From the human T2T-CHM13v2.0 reference genome, Homo sapiens: 64,000 bases of DNA. The stretch is taken from the NCBI RefSeq assembly GCF_009914755.1, contig NC_060934.1; one strand, 5' to 3'. The notes below the pieces were generated by a model. It was given only the letters and a program-made list of their open reading frames with translations. It searched no databases and was not told where the DNA came from. Shown here one piece after another: positions 1-15,716 of this stretch. Positions within the stretch are counted from its first letter, which is position 1; each line of letters opens with the position of its first letter. The position numbers and the translations under genes were made by a program.

Positions 1-801
<801 letters not shown>

Positions 802-1249
802 CCATCCATCTTACACTCTGCTCCAAAGTAAACTTTAAAAGCAGAGTTCTGAGCATACCATTTCACTGCTAAAAACTTCTAAAGGCTTTGGAATTGAATT
901 TTCGTCTCTTGATAAAGACCTATCTTTTCAGTCTGTTAGTTAAGGCCTTCCATGATCTATCACCAACCCATCTCTTTAGCTTTATATCCCAAAATACTCT
1001 CTATTGCCATTGCTGTTTCAGCCAATCTGGAAGATGATCTATTCTCTGTTTAATATGCTCTTTCCTATCTTAATCCTGTTCCCAAAAGAAATGTAGTAAA
1101 GTTTTTCATGATGATCAGAGAGGCTTTTAGCTTCATCATTATTTGAAAACTTTTTCCTTAAGGAAATACAGACATGAATGCTTCTCTTAAGTACAGCAGA
1201 AGGATAGAGACTTAGAATGAAAGATGAAGAGAAGAATATGTTTTGGGTC

Positions 1250-1541
1250 AGCTGGGTGCGGTGGCTCACGCCTATAATCCCAGCACTTTGGGGGGCTGAG
1301 GCGGGCGGATCACTTGAGGTCAGGAGTTTGGGACCAGGCTGGCCAACATGGCGAAACCCCGTCTTTACTAAAAATACAAAAAATTAGCCGGGCGTGGTGG
1401 TGCGTACCTGTAATCCCAGCTACTCAGGAGGCTGAGGCAGGAGAATCGCTTGAACCCAGGAGGCGGATGATGCTGTGAGCCGAGATCGCGTGCCCCTGCT
1501 CTCCAGCCTTGGCGGCAGAGTGAGACTCCATCTCAGAAACA
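1250..1541 (+). mobile_element. AluS-like with very short tail
   Basis: Full dimer; TSD AAGAATATGTTTTG(G/C)GTC. Confidence 0.95.
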
Positions 1542-2342
1542 AAGAATATGTTTTGCGTCATCTGGTATTTCTGCAGATGAGGACACTGGAACAACTATTT
1601 TGGTTGGTCAGGAGCGTGACTCCGTCCTCTTTTCTGCTCCATCTCTCTATTGACTTTGGGCCCACTTCTTCCAGAGCTGCTATTTCTGAACTGTGTCAGG
1701 GTGTCCACCACTCTGGCTCTGCTTGACCAGGATGTATATGAAACCTCCCTGATATTAAAAAATTGTGCTCGATTTCATTCGTCACCTGGCTAGAGAAATT
1801 TATCTCTAATCCTTTTCTTTCTTTTCTTTTATCCGTTATATGTTTAAGTGCTGTTCTTCATGCTTTTACTTTGAGGAAAGTGTGCTTATGCAAAAACAGT
1901 TAACATTTTAAATTTTACTAAAAAAACAAAATTCTATCTCAGTCCTTAGGCACTAGTAGCTGCTTTAGCAAAGGCAGAATTTTGATTTCTCCTGCCTGGT
2001 GCTTTTGCGTTTACGATGGGGGCATCTCAAGTCCTGTTACACTCTGTCCATTTAATTTAGTCATGTGAGTAAATTGAGGCCTGTTCTTGCTAGACTCTCC
2101 CATGGGAACAGAATAGTTAGGCATGAGTCAGCCATCTGATATGCCTTTAAAGTAGGCAGTGACTTGTAAATGCTTCCATCCTCCTGAGGTGCCAAACCCC
2201 ATTCAATTTTTTAATCTGGAAGATAAAAAAGTTATATTTTCTTCTTCAAGACTGTCACATAATTGTGTGACATTTCTTAGACAATGACAATCTACCAGCT
2301 TTCCTATATGAAAAAAGTGTATAGTCTGGGGTACTGACGACG

Positions 2343-2747
2343 TGTGCTGGGTAATTTTGTGTGCCAGCTTGGCTGGGCAGTAGTGCCCAGTTGTTTGGTC
2401 AAACACAGTCTAGATGTTGCCATGACAGCATTTTTTTTTCTTAGATCTTATTATCATTGAAATCAGTAGACTTTGAGTAAAGCAGATTACCCTCCATATT
2501 GTGGGTAAACCTCACCCAGTTAAACACCTTAAGAGAAAAGACTATGCTCCCGGGAGGAGGAATGAATTGTGTCTTAGGAATCAAGACTGCAACATCAACT
2601 CTTGTTGGGATTTGTAGCCTGCCAGCCTGTCCTGTGGATTTCAGTCTAAGGCCCCATTATCATGTGAACCAATTATTTAAAATATATCTCTCTCTATATG
2701 TATATATCCTATTGGTCTTGTTTCTCCAAAGAACCCAAACTAATACA
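2343..2747 (+). mobile_element. ERVL solo LTR (MLT2-like)
   Basis: TGTG..GGTAATTTT start and ...TCCTATTGGT...CTAATACA end. Confidence 0.75.
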
Positions 2748-3767
2748 TGGCAATACTGCATTTATGCCATGTTTATCATCTATTAACTTAACCAACCAGG
2801 TATAAACATTTGTACTATTGTACTGCTACTAGCATTGCTTACTACTGCCACGGTTCCTAACCAGCATTTATTGACTGCTTAGTACATACCAGACCCTTCA
2901 CTAAATATTTTCTGTAGATTATATTTTTAAACCACACGTTAACCATTTGAAGTTGCTGTATATTACATTTTATACAATTGAGTTGAAGGAGAAAAAGAAA
3001 AAATTTAAAAAAAGAGAGAAGAGGAAGGGCCAGGAAAGAAAAGAAAGAAAAGAAAACCTTGCTGGCCCACAACAATCCGTAAGAGGAAGATCCAGAACAT
3101 TAATTCAGATCTAACTCCAAAAGGCATATTGGTAGCAGTACCCTGACCTTTGGTGCAGGACAATCCATTAGTAACTTGCGAATTGAGGCTCTGCCATTAG
3201 AGACTCCATGCACATTGATAAAAATCTCCTTTTGTAATTTCATTCACTGGCCCTACTACAGCAATTTCTAAGCAGCTGGCCATGGTGAGAAATGAGTTAA
3301 TCCTGAGCTGAACAAATAAGAATGACTAGTTATTACCAAAAGGCAGTCTAGGAATCACATCTACAGAATGTCCTGCTTCTTTAGAATAATTGAAATATAG
3401 AAGAGTCACAGTCCATTTAGTTTATTTATGTGGCATCATTGGGCCGTCAAGGGTTTTACAAAAATAAGCCCTTTTTTTTCATTTAAAAATAACTGAAGCA
3501 TTTCACTTTAAATGCCAGAAAGCATTTTAATAATTGTCAGTGGATCTTTAGAAAATATACTATACTCATGACACCTCCCCCACCAGAAAAAAAAAAGACT
3601 CAACATAATTCAAATGATCTTTCTGAAGTAGAACCACCATTATGACCATATACCTTTTGTTCATAGAGACACCTTCCAGGACTGCTTACATATTTAAGAC
3701 TTTTTTATTCCTTCATTAAAGTGCCTTTGATGTCTTGGATTTTATACATTTCTCTGCCTCTTATAAC

Positions 3768-4082
3768 TTTATTTTATTTTATTTTATTTGAGACACAGTT
3801 TTACTCTGTCATCCAGGCTGGAGGGCAGTGTCACGATCTCGGCCCACTGCAAGCTCTGCCTTCCAGATTCAAGAGATTCTTGCTTCAAGAATCCTGCCTG
3901 AGCCTCCCAAGTACCTGAAACTACATGCACATGCCACCACGCCCGGCTAATTTTTGTATTTTTAGTAGAGACAGGGTTTTGCCATGTTGGCCAGGCTGGT
4001 CTCGAACTCCTGACCTCAAGTGATCCACCTGCCTTGACCTCCCAAAGTGCTGGGATTACAGGCATGAGCCACCTTACAGACC
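3768..4082 (-). mobile_element. AluS-like
   Basis: Alu consensus, (TTTTA)n tail, degenerate TSD CTCTTA(T/C)AAC. Confidence 0.92.
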
Positions 4083-4885
4083 TCTTACAACATTTTGATT
4101 ACCTTATGCTATCTGCTGGTACCTCTCACCAATGTCATCAGCAGTCCTTATTGCTTCTATGCAGTGTATTTAAATCCAAAACCATTATGTTTACCAACAC
4201 CTTCTTTTCAAAGAGAATTGTTATACTTCCGGCTCCAAATCTCACATTTAACTCCTTTATTTCTGGTTTCTAGTGCTTAACATATTACCAAATTTTCCTG
4301 ATGCCACTTCCTCTAATTATTCTTTTTTCAAAATTTTATTTTTAGTTGACATGTAATTGTACACAATTTAATTAATTCTTATGTGACATATTCATACATA
4401 CAATTTTCAGACAAGATTTATTAAAGTGTAAGCATTCTCCTCTCTTCCCTTCATCTAGTTGTTTAAAAGGAACCTTTTGGAATGAAGAATCAGGTGAACG
4501 GGTAGAGACTAGACCAGAGAGTAGATTTAAGCAGCAATCTAAACTGATTTACACAATAAAAAACCCAGGAAGGTGAGTGCAGGCCGAAGTGGAAGATAAA
4601 GAAAAAGCTGGAGGAGCACAGGTTTGACTGAGACTCCCAAGCAGTTGTGAGGGGAAAACTGGGAGGTGTAGAAAAAGGTGCTTTTGAGAATTGTTGCTGG
4701 AGTTATGAATCACGTCCCTAGCAATATTCCTTGAAAGATGCAAGTGAGGGTTAGAGATTTTTTTATTACTAGCTGATGACTAGATGGCTACTTTTAAAGT
4801 TATACGCTTCAGAGACTGTCCTGTGATTCAGTATTCAGATTGTGTTTGTTGGATGAGTGAATAGACTCATAAACAAATGCTTTCT

Positions 4886-5203
4886 TTTTCTCTTCCTTTT
4901 CAATTATTTATTTATTTGTTTATTTTTGAGACAGGGTCTCACTTTGTCACCCAGGCTGGAGTGCAGTGGAGCAATCACAGGTCACTACAGCCTCGACCTC
5001 CCCTGGCTCAGGTGATCCTCCCACCTCAGCCACCTGAATAGCTCAGACTACAGGTGTGCACCATCACGCCTGTCTAACTTTTTCCCCGAGACAGGGTTTC
5101 ACCATGTTGCCCAGGCTGATCTCGAACTCCTGGGCTCAAGCAGTCCGCCTTCCTCAGCCTCCCAAAAGGCTAGGATTACAGGCATGAGCAGCCATGCCTG
5201 GCC
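4886..5203 (-). mobile_element. AluJ-like
   Basis: Alu consensus; TSD CAAATGCTTT. Confidence 0.9.
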
Positions 5204-8200
5204 TCAAATGCTTTATTTTTCATGGGTTGAGAGACATCTCATGGCTTCAAACCATGGATTTTGTGGAAGTTATTTTTCTCACAGTTCTTGAACTTTTTTC
5301 TACTCATTCTAAGGATCTTGGCTGTGTTCTGCATAGAAGGGGATAGAGGAAGGTACCATGGAGAAAAGAACCATGACTAGCAATGTGGCTTAGGAAAGAA
5401 GATGCAGGAGTCTTTGCTTTGCTGTTAACTTATGTGTTCATGAAGAAATTGTTGAAACTTGATCATATGAGGTGTTGGTCAAGTCGATGGTCTAGCATGA
5501 TGCATAGCACATAATCAGCACTCAAAAATACTTAGAGAATTACTTCTAATTTCCCTTTGAGCCCTAGAATTCTGTGCATCTATGATTCTAGCGAAGCAGT
5601 GCTGACTTGATTCTTAATATGGATATCCTCTGAGCTCTGAAAATTAGAACTCACGCTGAGTTACTTTCTGCCTCTGCTTCCCAGGAGTAGATGGCAGTCC
5701 CATTTGTAATGCCTCTGAAATTATGCAGAGTGGGCTGCTGTAATATGCTTAATAAACCATCCTGGCATCGCTTTTGTTTTGTTCCTACCACACATTCTAC
5801 CAAAAAGAGCACATCTGCATATACACAAAGTACACAATCCTGCTGGGTTCATCAAAAAGTTTCATCTGCATAAGAGTTCAAGGCAAGTTGGTTACATGTT
5901 CACTTATTTTATTTGTTGTCCCCTAAAACTATGCAGAACTAGGACCAAGTCAGTGTTGATAACAAAGGAAAAAACGATAATGTGGAAAATGTGGAGGGAA
6001 AGAAAGTGCAGATAAAAAATTCATTTGAACCTGATAACAAACGGGTGGTTGCTTTTATGTAGGTGGCCCTTCTTCATGCCAGTTTTGAGGGACTGTCAAA
6101 GAAGCTCTGAAATTACTAATCAATCCCCAGAGAATTTGGAGGAACTGGAATCCACTGTGTCCCAGAACCAGTGCCACCAAAGATTAAAGTATGTTACGAG
6201 TCACCAGTTCAATCTGGGAGGTTAGGATGCTTTTAGATGTGGGTCTGGTGTGCCTGAGATTAGCTCTGAACGCATATTTTTGGTGAATCTCAGCTATTAC
6301 TTTGTCTTCACTGCATGGCTTAGATGTGGGGACCTGGCCTTTGCCTCAGTTTTTTGCTGAGACTCCAGATACCTGACAATGGCCCCTTGAACCCAGATGC
6401 CCTGATTTGTCTCTGCCACCTTCTGTCCTACAGAGTTAGCCTTTGCCTACCTCCCATCCCAGGTCCCTTATTCATAACAGACTGATATTGATTATTGTGG
6501 ATACCCAGGGACCACCTGGCTTACAACCACCAGCTAGATTGCTGACATAATCACTGATTGGAATCTTGAGGTAATGTGTTTCGCCTGTGGGCTTGGGCCC
6601 AGCACAGTCCATTAAATCAGACGCTACATGAAATTCAACAAGCAGTCTCTCCGATAGGTCAGTCCTTCTGCCCCACCAGTCCTCTCCTGCCTTGCTTTCT
6701 TATTCCTTCCCACTTGAGTTTCAAAATGCCTCATGACTCATCAGGACATCCCAAACCAGTTCTTTGCTGTTTGCAATAATACTGTGGGCTCTCATCAGTT
6801 AACAAAAACAAACAAACATACATATATATATGAACAAAACCAACCAAACCAAAAAAATGCTTAGTAAAATGTTTTCAGATATAATAGAGCCACAAGGCTT
6901 CATTCTGTATTAAAGAAATTTTCCACTCATGGGCCAAAGTGGAGAAGGAAGGTCTTGCCCTGCAATGAGGCCACTGAAGAGAAAATTCATGCATGAGCAT
7001 GGGAATTCCGTAGGGGATCCCATCTCTAATAGGTTAAGCCATATCTATATATATGGCTTATATGTAGCACTCTGGGTGCTGTATGAGCTGCTGGGTTTCG
7101 GATGACTTAGTGTTGGTATTTGGAAAATACTTACTCTATATCCACTTGTTTACTGAAGTGAGTAGCAAATATCAGTTCTTTAGTTCAAGAGAGCTTAGAC
7201 GGCCCACCTCCCCTGTGTACCATATCAACTAAGGTCGAAAGGAATAAGTCTCTATTTGTGTAATTCAAAGTGGGGCTGAGGCAGAATCTGGTATATGCAT
7301 TTACAAGAATAGCTCTTTTCCTCGTGTAAACTCTTTCCAACAACCACATTTGGAGCAGAGAACTGCATGAGCATGCAGTTTTGTTGTTTTGAACCATCTC
7401 TTATTTGCGGCTTACCTGTAGGAAGACTGGAGGAGTGTATGGGTAGAGTGAAAGAGGATTAGGAATCATGGGTTGAAATTCTGACTTTCCTAGTTTACTG
7501 GCCATGTGATCTTAGACAAGTGAATTGAACTTTCCAGACTGATGTTTCCACATTATAAAATAAACATACCTACCTTAAAGTGTTTGCAGGTTTTAAATCA
7601 TGTATTCCTTTTTCCTTATAACATAGTGAATGTACCACAAATCACCACCTTTAACTCTTCTCCTTTCCTATAGCCCATTGCCCTCTACTTATATCAAACT
7701 ACTGATTCTTCTGTCTATCTCAACACTGTTTAGACTATATTTGTGTAAATTCAAGAGGCTAAAAAGATATATTTACAGTGCATTTGGAAATAACATCTAG
7801 AATGATGCACTAAACAAACAAAATAACTTTCCGATTTGTCTGCCATATTAAAACAAACCAAATCTGCCCTCCTAGATATCCTAGAAGCAATGTCAGTTTG
7901 TTTCTATAGAAAAATCCCATCTCAGGTCAATTATTTCCCATGTGCTTGCCAGTGTAGTACTTTAACCAGAGAGAGAGATTTTACCAACTTACATCTACCC
8001 TCCCTCTCCAGATGCCCAGATTTGATTCCATAAATCCCTATGGACATCTATTAAATCCCAACCAGGAGAAAAGCTCTGCAGAGCAAGAAGGAAGAACTGA
8101 ATCTTTTTCTGGGCATTCTTCCAGACAGAAACTTGGCTGCGCATGTCACTAAGGACAACTGTGTCTGCCTTGCTTTTGTGCCATCTGAAATGCAGCACAC

Positions 8201-9396
8201 TGGAGAATTTGGAAAACAGTCTCCGTTGTATTGAGCAGTTTTCTGATTTACTCGAGCACGTAAGTGGGCTTTGATGTGGAACAGATCCAGTGGGGTTTCT
8301 AAGTTTCCCAAGCTTCAGGCCCACCTAGTTTTCAAGTCTTCTTGAGCCACTCTTTGAGTTAGCTCAACCCTTCAATTATTATATACCCCAAAGAGGAGAT
8401 TGACATATTATTCATCTTTTAGGAAAAAATACGGCGCAGAAGAAAAGCGAGCATTTTGGTGTCATACAGACCTCCTACTCCATGATCATGATGAACAAGT
8501 GAATCACTTCAGTTCTCCAAGCTCCACTTTCACCAAATGTAAAAGAAGAAAACCATTCCTACTTCGAGAGTTTGTGTGGATTAAATGAGATAATGGGTAC
8601 ACAGATGACACATTATATTCAAAATGGTAGCTGCTTTACTATTTTTTCATCATTCGTATATTTTTCACTCACAACTTCCTCATTCTACACTTTTGCTTCA
8701 TTCACATCTTTTATTTTTAGGTAACGTTTAACTGTGCGCTTGGGAATTAAAATCTTGGTAGCCTTTGCCCCTTTGCACTTAGTGTTCACATGTGCTCACA
8801 CCAGTGTTTTTGGCCCTGGACTTTTCACTGAGACTTTGGTTCACTCACAACCTGACTATCAGCATTGCTTCTGTGCCCTAGCCTTGGCCAATGAGAACCT
8901 CCTGCCTCCAGTTATTCGGCAGACACTTGGTGAGGCTAGTCTCTGTCATTTGTCAAGTGTGTGTGTATGTATGTATGTATGTGCATGTGAGGTATTATAT
9001 CTTGGTGCTGTTATTAAGTAAGGTTGGCATTCTTCTTGTGGCTGAAGGGTGTTAAGGAAAGTGAGTGGCTGCTGGTTAGGCAATTAAGAAGGTTGCTACA
9101 CAAGTTACAGCAAGGGTATCTTCCAGCAGGTTTGCATCTTCTCCCCTAGAAATAACTCTTCTGCCTTCACTTCTCTTGCTTACCCCAGTCATGATTACCG
9201 AGGAACAACAAAATCTTCAGACAGTATTGGTTTGCGATACTCAACACACAGTCAAGCAATGGGTCTAGGCCCATTAATAGCACATGTTTCTGTATGTTTA
9301 TGAACCATAACTAACTACTATTACCATATTGTTGTTTTGTATCTATGCAAGAGTGTTTACTTCTATGTGTAGCTGCACATATCTAAATAATGTATA

Positions 9397-9703
<307 letters not shown>

Positions 9704-10583
9704 AAATAATGTATAAATATATATGTACACATATTTACCTTACACTTATACTGTAAAATGTTATTACATGCATGTATATATATCTGTATATATATGTCTG
9801 TGTGTACATGTATATTACATATATACACATGGATCACAAAGTTAAACTGTTTAAAAATTGTAAACATTTGAAATTTCATGAGTTAAACTGCAGGTGCCAT
9901 AATTGCAAAATAATATTTGTATCTCAATATGAATTTAAATTGATACACATAAGGTAAAAAATTGTCTTATCTAGAGAAGTTGTTTTTAACTTATTAAAGG
10001 AATTTAAGTATATGCTGTCAACAATTATGAATTTTCCTATAACTTTTATATATTATTTACAATAATTACATAACTAACTTAATTAGCAAATATTAGAATA
10101 TCTTAGAAGATATATAAACAAAGATCAAGGGAATTAAAACACCCATAGTTTTACAAGTTAGAAATAACCTGTGTTAGTATTTTTCATCTCGTTCTGTCCT
10201 TATTTTCTGTACAAATTATACTATGAAAGTCTTAAATTCTGCTTTCTCTTAACATCATGTGAAACATTTCTCATGTCCTTCTTTAGAAAAGAGTTTTAAC
10301 GAAATTATATTTTATTATATGCATATATATTGATTGTTTGTTAACTAGTTTATACATAGTGCTTACTGAATCCTTTTTCTGCATCTACAAGCTGTTATTA
10401 ATATTCACATAAAGAGAAAGATGTTATGAAAATAGAAATGCATATATTGAAATATTTTACTTAGTATTGTTTATAAAGTGTTTTATGATTATCTAGCGGC
10501 CTTGAATTTATTTTTAAACATTTCAAATCTTCAGCTGTTTTACTTTCCTTCAAATACTTCATAAATGTCTTTTTCACACCATG

Positions 10584-10862
10584 TTTTTTTGTTGGTTTGT
10601 TTTTGGAGACAGTCTTGCTCTGTTGCCCAGGCTGGAGGGCAGTGGTGCAATCTTGGGTCACTGCAACCTCCACCCGCCAGGCTCAAACGATTCTCATGCC
10701 TCAGCCTCCTGAATAGCTGGGATTACAGGTGTGCATCACCACACCCAGCTAATTTTTGTATTTTTATTAGAGAAGGGGTTTCCCCATGTTGCCCAGGCTG
10801 GTCTCAAACTCCTCGACCTCCCAAAGTTCTAGGATTACAGGTGTCATTCACTGTGCCCGGCC
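10584..10862 (-). mobile_element. Alu with a left-arm deletion
   Basis: Alu consensus; TSD CCATGTTTTT. Confidence 0.9.
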
Positions 10863-11134
10863 AGCCATGTTTTTCTTTAACAAGGGGTTCTAACCACAAC
10901 TTAACATTGTTTGGGTCAAAGCCTGTTTCTAAATATTTGTTGCTGGGGTAGGTGGAAATTGGATGATGTTCTAAGGTCTGTGTAAGTGAATAGGGCTGCT
11001 GGTCCCTACACTGAAAGGTCTCAGGCTGAGGTGACAATTTTAATGAGGATTAGCACTATTTCCTTATCTTTTTCCTCTGCTGTCAAGTAGGGTTTCTTCC
11101 CTCTACCAGTACTTTTAAACTGCCACCTAAATTA

Positions 11135-11750
11135 TAGTCAGTTCTGCTATCAAGCAGTTTTGAAAACATAAATTTGTTCTAATGTAATTGATATATTAAG
11201 GAAGAATTTGAGGATAATTCAAATGCTGTATTTGCTTATGCATGATTTTGTCAATGAGAAAAACTAGATGAATGCAGAAAACTGCATCCAGCTGAAATCA
11301 GCTGTGTAAAAGTACACAGAACACACACACACACCCCTCAAACATCTGCCGGCTGCGTCCACTTGCCTTGTGTGTTACAGCCACATTATCTGTATTTGGT
11401 ATTGCAAATTTCTGTCTGATTTCAGGTAACTTCCCTTCTACCACTTCACAATAACTCACATGCTGTAGGCATTCCAACGCCCACTCTCATAAGCAAACTT
11501 CAAGTCTTTTTCAAGGTAAGTGTTTTGTGTATTTAACTATTCAGTGTGTGTAAAACTATGCTACCATTTTTATTCGGTTTGTACCTTTTTAAAAATGTGC
11601 CCGGAGACACATTACACTGAGATATGACAAAGTTTTTGTGTGTTGTGCCCCAGCCCCATCTTTTTTCCTAAGCTTTATGGGCTTTATTATACCATTTGGC
11701 ATAGAGGGATGATTTTGGAAACACATGTTACATAATAGTGCAACTGAGTG
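11135..11750. mobile_element. TcMar-Tigger fossil (Tigger8-like)
   Basis: Degenerate TIRs (TAGTCAGTTCTGCTAT / ATAGTGCAACTGAGTG) flanked by TA on both sides. Confidence 0.65.
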
Positions 11751-12914
11751 TACAGATGATCTCTGGGAAAGACCCTGCTTATGTGCAATGGAAGAGCTAT
11801 TTTCCCTTAAACTCAGAAACATTTCTAACTGTTGTTTAGGTTCAAAATTGTTTGTTTTCTGGGCACAGTTGTTCTAAGGTGGCTTTTGAACATACTGGGA
11901 CCATGCAGGTGTCTAAATGGCTGTCTCCTTTTTAGCCTTCAGATCCTGAAGAGGTTTTTGTTCAGCATCTAGACATTTTTGTTTCCGAGGACCAACTCTC
12001 CCCATCTCCCGCCCCCACCCCTAGTCACTCTGGCCGCCCCGTCACCTATCATGTTATTTTTACATTTTGATATATTGAAATTATCTTATATGTTTGATGG
12101 CATTGCATATGTTACATTAAATTATATTATTTGTTCATTGTTCCTACTCAGGTATTACTTCATAAAGCCAGACATGTTTTCTGCCTTGTTCACAGAAGAT
12201 TCTCACTGCCTAAAACAGTGTCCACCACACACTGATCAATAAATATCTCTATGCTGTAAAACACGGGTCTCTTTCCATGTGTTTAGCACAAAAACTTTAT
12301 AACAGCCATTTCCTTGTATTTGTCCATCTGGAATTATTTTGGACTTCCCTACTATACAAGCCTCTGACTAACATGCATTTTCACAGTATTGTTAACTCCT
12401 TGGGGAATAGGAAAACACATTTTAATAGTAATCCAGAAATCAAACTTAGACCTTTGTTTTTTATGCTAGTTTCTAGCCATTTTTTTTTCTTCTTCTTAAA
12501 CTGCAATTATTTCACTTAATGTCTAAGAATAGCTCTGGGAATACAGCAGCTTGAGTGGTAACAGAGATGGGCAGGGATATGTTGATTCTTGACAAACACC
12601 AACTGAACATGTAATTAGAGGTGCTAGCTGGGGTAGAGGAATCGGACTGTGAAGCCACCTCAGAGATCATCACTGAATAAAATGGACTTGCTCACAACAC
12701 TAAGCTGAAAATCAAGGGCTGAGTTCCAGCAAACATTTATCTAGTGCCCCCTAATGGCAATGCCCAGTCCTAAATGCTGAAATAATAAAATGAATAAAAT
12801 AAAGATCCTTCTGTAAACGAGTGTAGAATTTGGTGAGCAAGGCGTAAGTGCCACAAATAAACATACAGCCAAGTTCTAAATATGTGATGTTTAAAGAAAA
12901 ATACGTGAACATAG

Positions 12915-13388
<474 letters not shown>

Positions 13389-13444
13389 CATTTGGGTTGG
13401 GGGAGATATATTGGTTATGATATGGGCTGGCCATGAAAGGGGTG

Positions 13445-13950
13445 CTGTGCCAGTCACCTGCCTGTGTTCTCTCAAATCCATTTCCCACTCCCTCGCGGTT
13501 CACTTTGTATTCCAGAAAACAACATTTCCCAGGCTCCACGGCCCACTGGCTTGTGGCTGGGTTTGTGCAGTTAAAAGGATCGGCAACAGCAGAGAAGACC
13601 AGAGCAAGGGAAAAAGCGAGCTACTTCTCCCTACCCCTCTGCTTGGGCAGCATCACAGGACAGGTAGCAGTCACGTCTCCTCCATGGCTCCAGCTCCTGC
13701 CAGACAAGTCCTCCATGACTTCAGTTTCAACCTGGTGGTCCTGACTCCAGGGCTCTGGTAATACCCAGATCTCTCCAGCACAGGGAAGTGAGAGGCTTCC
13801 AACTGAGGCTGATCTTAGAGTTGCCTCACCTGCTCCTATTTGGTATTTTTGTGCTTCCATTAACCCAGCAACACATTTTCTGTATTAACTCCCCTCTGTT
13901 TGACGTGTATAGGGATGCTGTCTGTTTGTTTGCCTGACACAGGTGATACA
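13445..13950 (+). mobile_element. Old ERVL-type LTR (LTR33/LTR16-like)
   Basis: Similarity to recalled consensus motifs; ends ...GATACA. Confidence 0.45.
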
Positions 13951-14666
13951 TTGCTCCTGATAGGAAGGAGGTGCATGGGCTCTGGCCTGGAAAGGAATAA
14001 AGATTCAGGAATTTAGTCTGTGGGAATGGAAAGGTTAAGGGCCACCTAAAGTAACAGGAAGTTTCACACATGCTGAGATTGAGCTGAAGCAACACCACTC
14101 TGTGTCTCGGAGGCCTTCGGGAAGGCTAGGGAGGGTTTTATGCCTGTACAAATGTTTCAGCCAAATATCAGCACCAAATGATGCCCAGGGAGAAATGCCA
14201 CTTACGTAGGCAAGCCACAGGGCTGAAAAGATGGATCCAGTCTACCACGTTATTTTCTGCTAACTTTAAATCAAATATTTGGGACTCTTGGGGAATGACT
14301 CACCCATAGTATTTGGAAAGGCAGAGCTGGAAGGGATCTTCTTTCAAATTATATGAACAAGAGCACTAAAGCTCTTATATGTTAAAATGATTTGCTCAAG
14401 GTCACACAGCTGGCATAGCCAGAGGCGAACTCCTCTTTCCTGATTCCAGGTCCACAGCTGTTTTTACTCATCTGCTGTTTTTTACCACTCCCCATGTTTC
14501 AGTTCATTCCATGCAGGTTCGGTCCTTTGGTAACCACAAGGTTATGAACAAATTTGAATGGGTTTGTTCCCCATCAATAATTTCGAATTCTGAACTAATA
14601 ATAACGAACACGTACTCATGTACGTTCCAAAATAACCAGTTTGGACTAATTTTTAAATCAAAGTAA

Positions 14667-14672
14667 TTTAAT
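14667..14672 (-). terminator. Probable distal poly(A) signal ATTAAA
   Basis: + strand TTTAAT; UGUA elements upstream and U/GU-rich sequence downstream on the - strand. Confidence 0.7.
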
Positions 14673-15498
14673 AAACAGACATTGTATAGTTAATTGAAAT
14701 GCAGGTAGAATTCAGGTAGTACATACATTCTGCCTTGTTAGTAAAAAACAGCCAAAAACCTCAAGCCTGTGGTGTTTACTCTTTCTTATGCAATTAGCCT
14801 TTATGAAATCCTATACATGCAACACTTCTATATTTAGAATGAACACCAAGGGTTTAGGATTAAAAAAAAAAATACCTGAGGCAAAGACTTTAGAGACATT
14901 ATCTGTTTAATAAATATGATTGTAAAAGCAATAAACAAGAGCAATTATACATTACACTACATAGTATTTAACAAAAAATACATCAAAAAAGTCATTTTAA
15001 AATTAGAAGTAGTTCCAATACTATAAGAAAACTTTTTTTTTTTTTAATTGGCTTCCTATAAAAATAAGTCGGCAAATGAGAGATTTCAATGCTCAGTTGG
15101 ATTCCTGGAAAACACAGAACAGCTGCCAAGCACCCCACTGCTCTCAAAGTTGCTGTTTGGAACTTCTGAAAAAAAAGCAAAGCAAACCTCTGCATTTTGG
15201 ACAGTGAATCCAATTAAAAATAAGGCAAGGTAGAAAGTGTTGCTTGGGTGGTTCAGGGTAGAACATGCACAGTTTGCCTTCTGGGATTTTGGAAAACGTT
15301 GCAGTATCGGATTTTTAGCTTGCCCTGAATCTTACCTTCCACATACATCCCTCCCTACACACTCCTCTGACCTTAAGCCCACCAAACTCCTTGTGTGTTT
15401 GCACCTGCGATTAGCGAGTAGGTAGGCACTTAGGTCCCTCCCATTTGTAGGCTCTCATTACTGCCTTCTGTTTGAGATTCAGCTGGAATGGCCTAGTA

Positions 15499-15716
15499 CA
15501 ATGGTTCTCAAACTTTAGTATGTATCACAATCACTGGGAGGGCTTGTTAAAATAGGTGGCTGGGCCCACTGTCACTTAGCAACAGAGAACACCACTATTC
15601 ATCCCCTAGAGTTTCTAATTCAGTAGGTATGGGGTATGGATCCAGAATCTGGATCTCTAACTAGCCCAAGTGATAGTGATACTGCTGATCCAGGTACCAC
15701 ACTTTGAGAACAACTG
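15499..15716 (-). mobile_element. MER5A-like hAT MITE inside the SORCS1 3'UTR
   Basis: TIRs CAATGGTTCTCAAA / TTTGAGAACAACTG and MER5A internal motifs. Confidence 0.85.
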
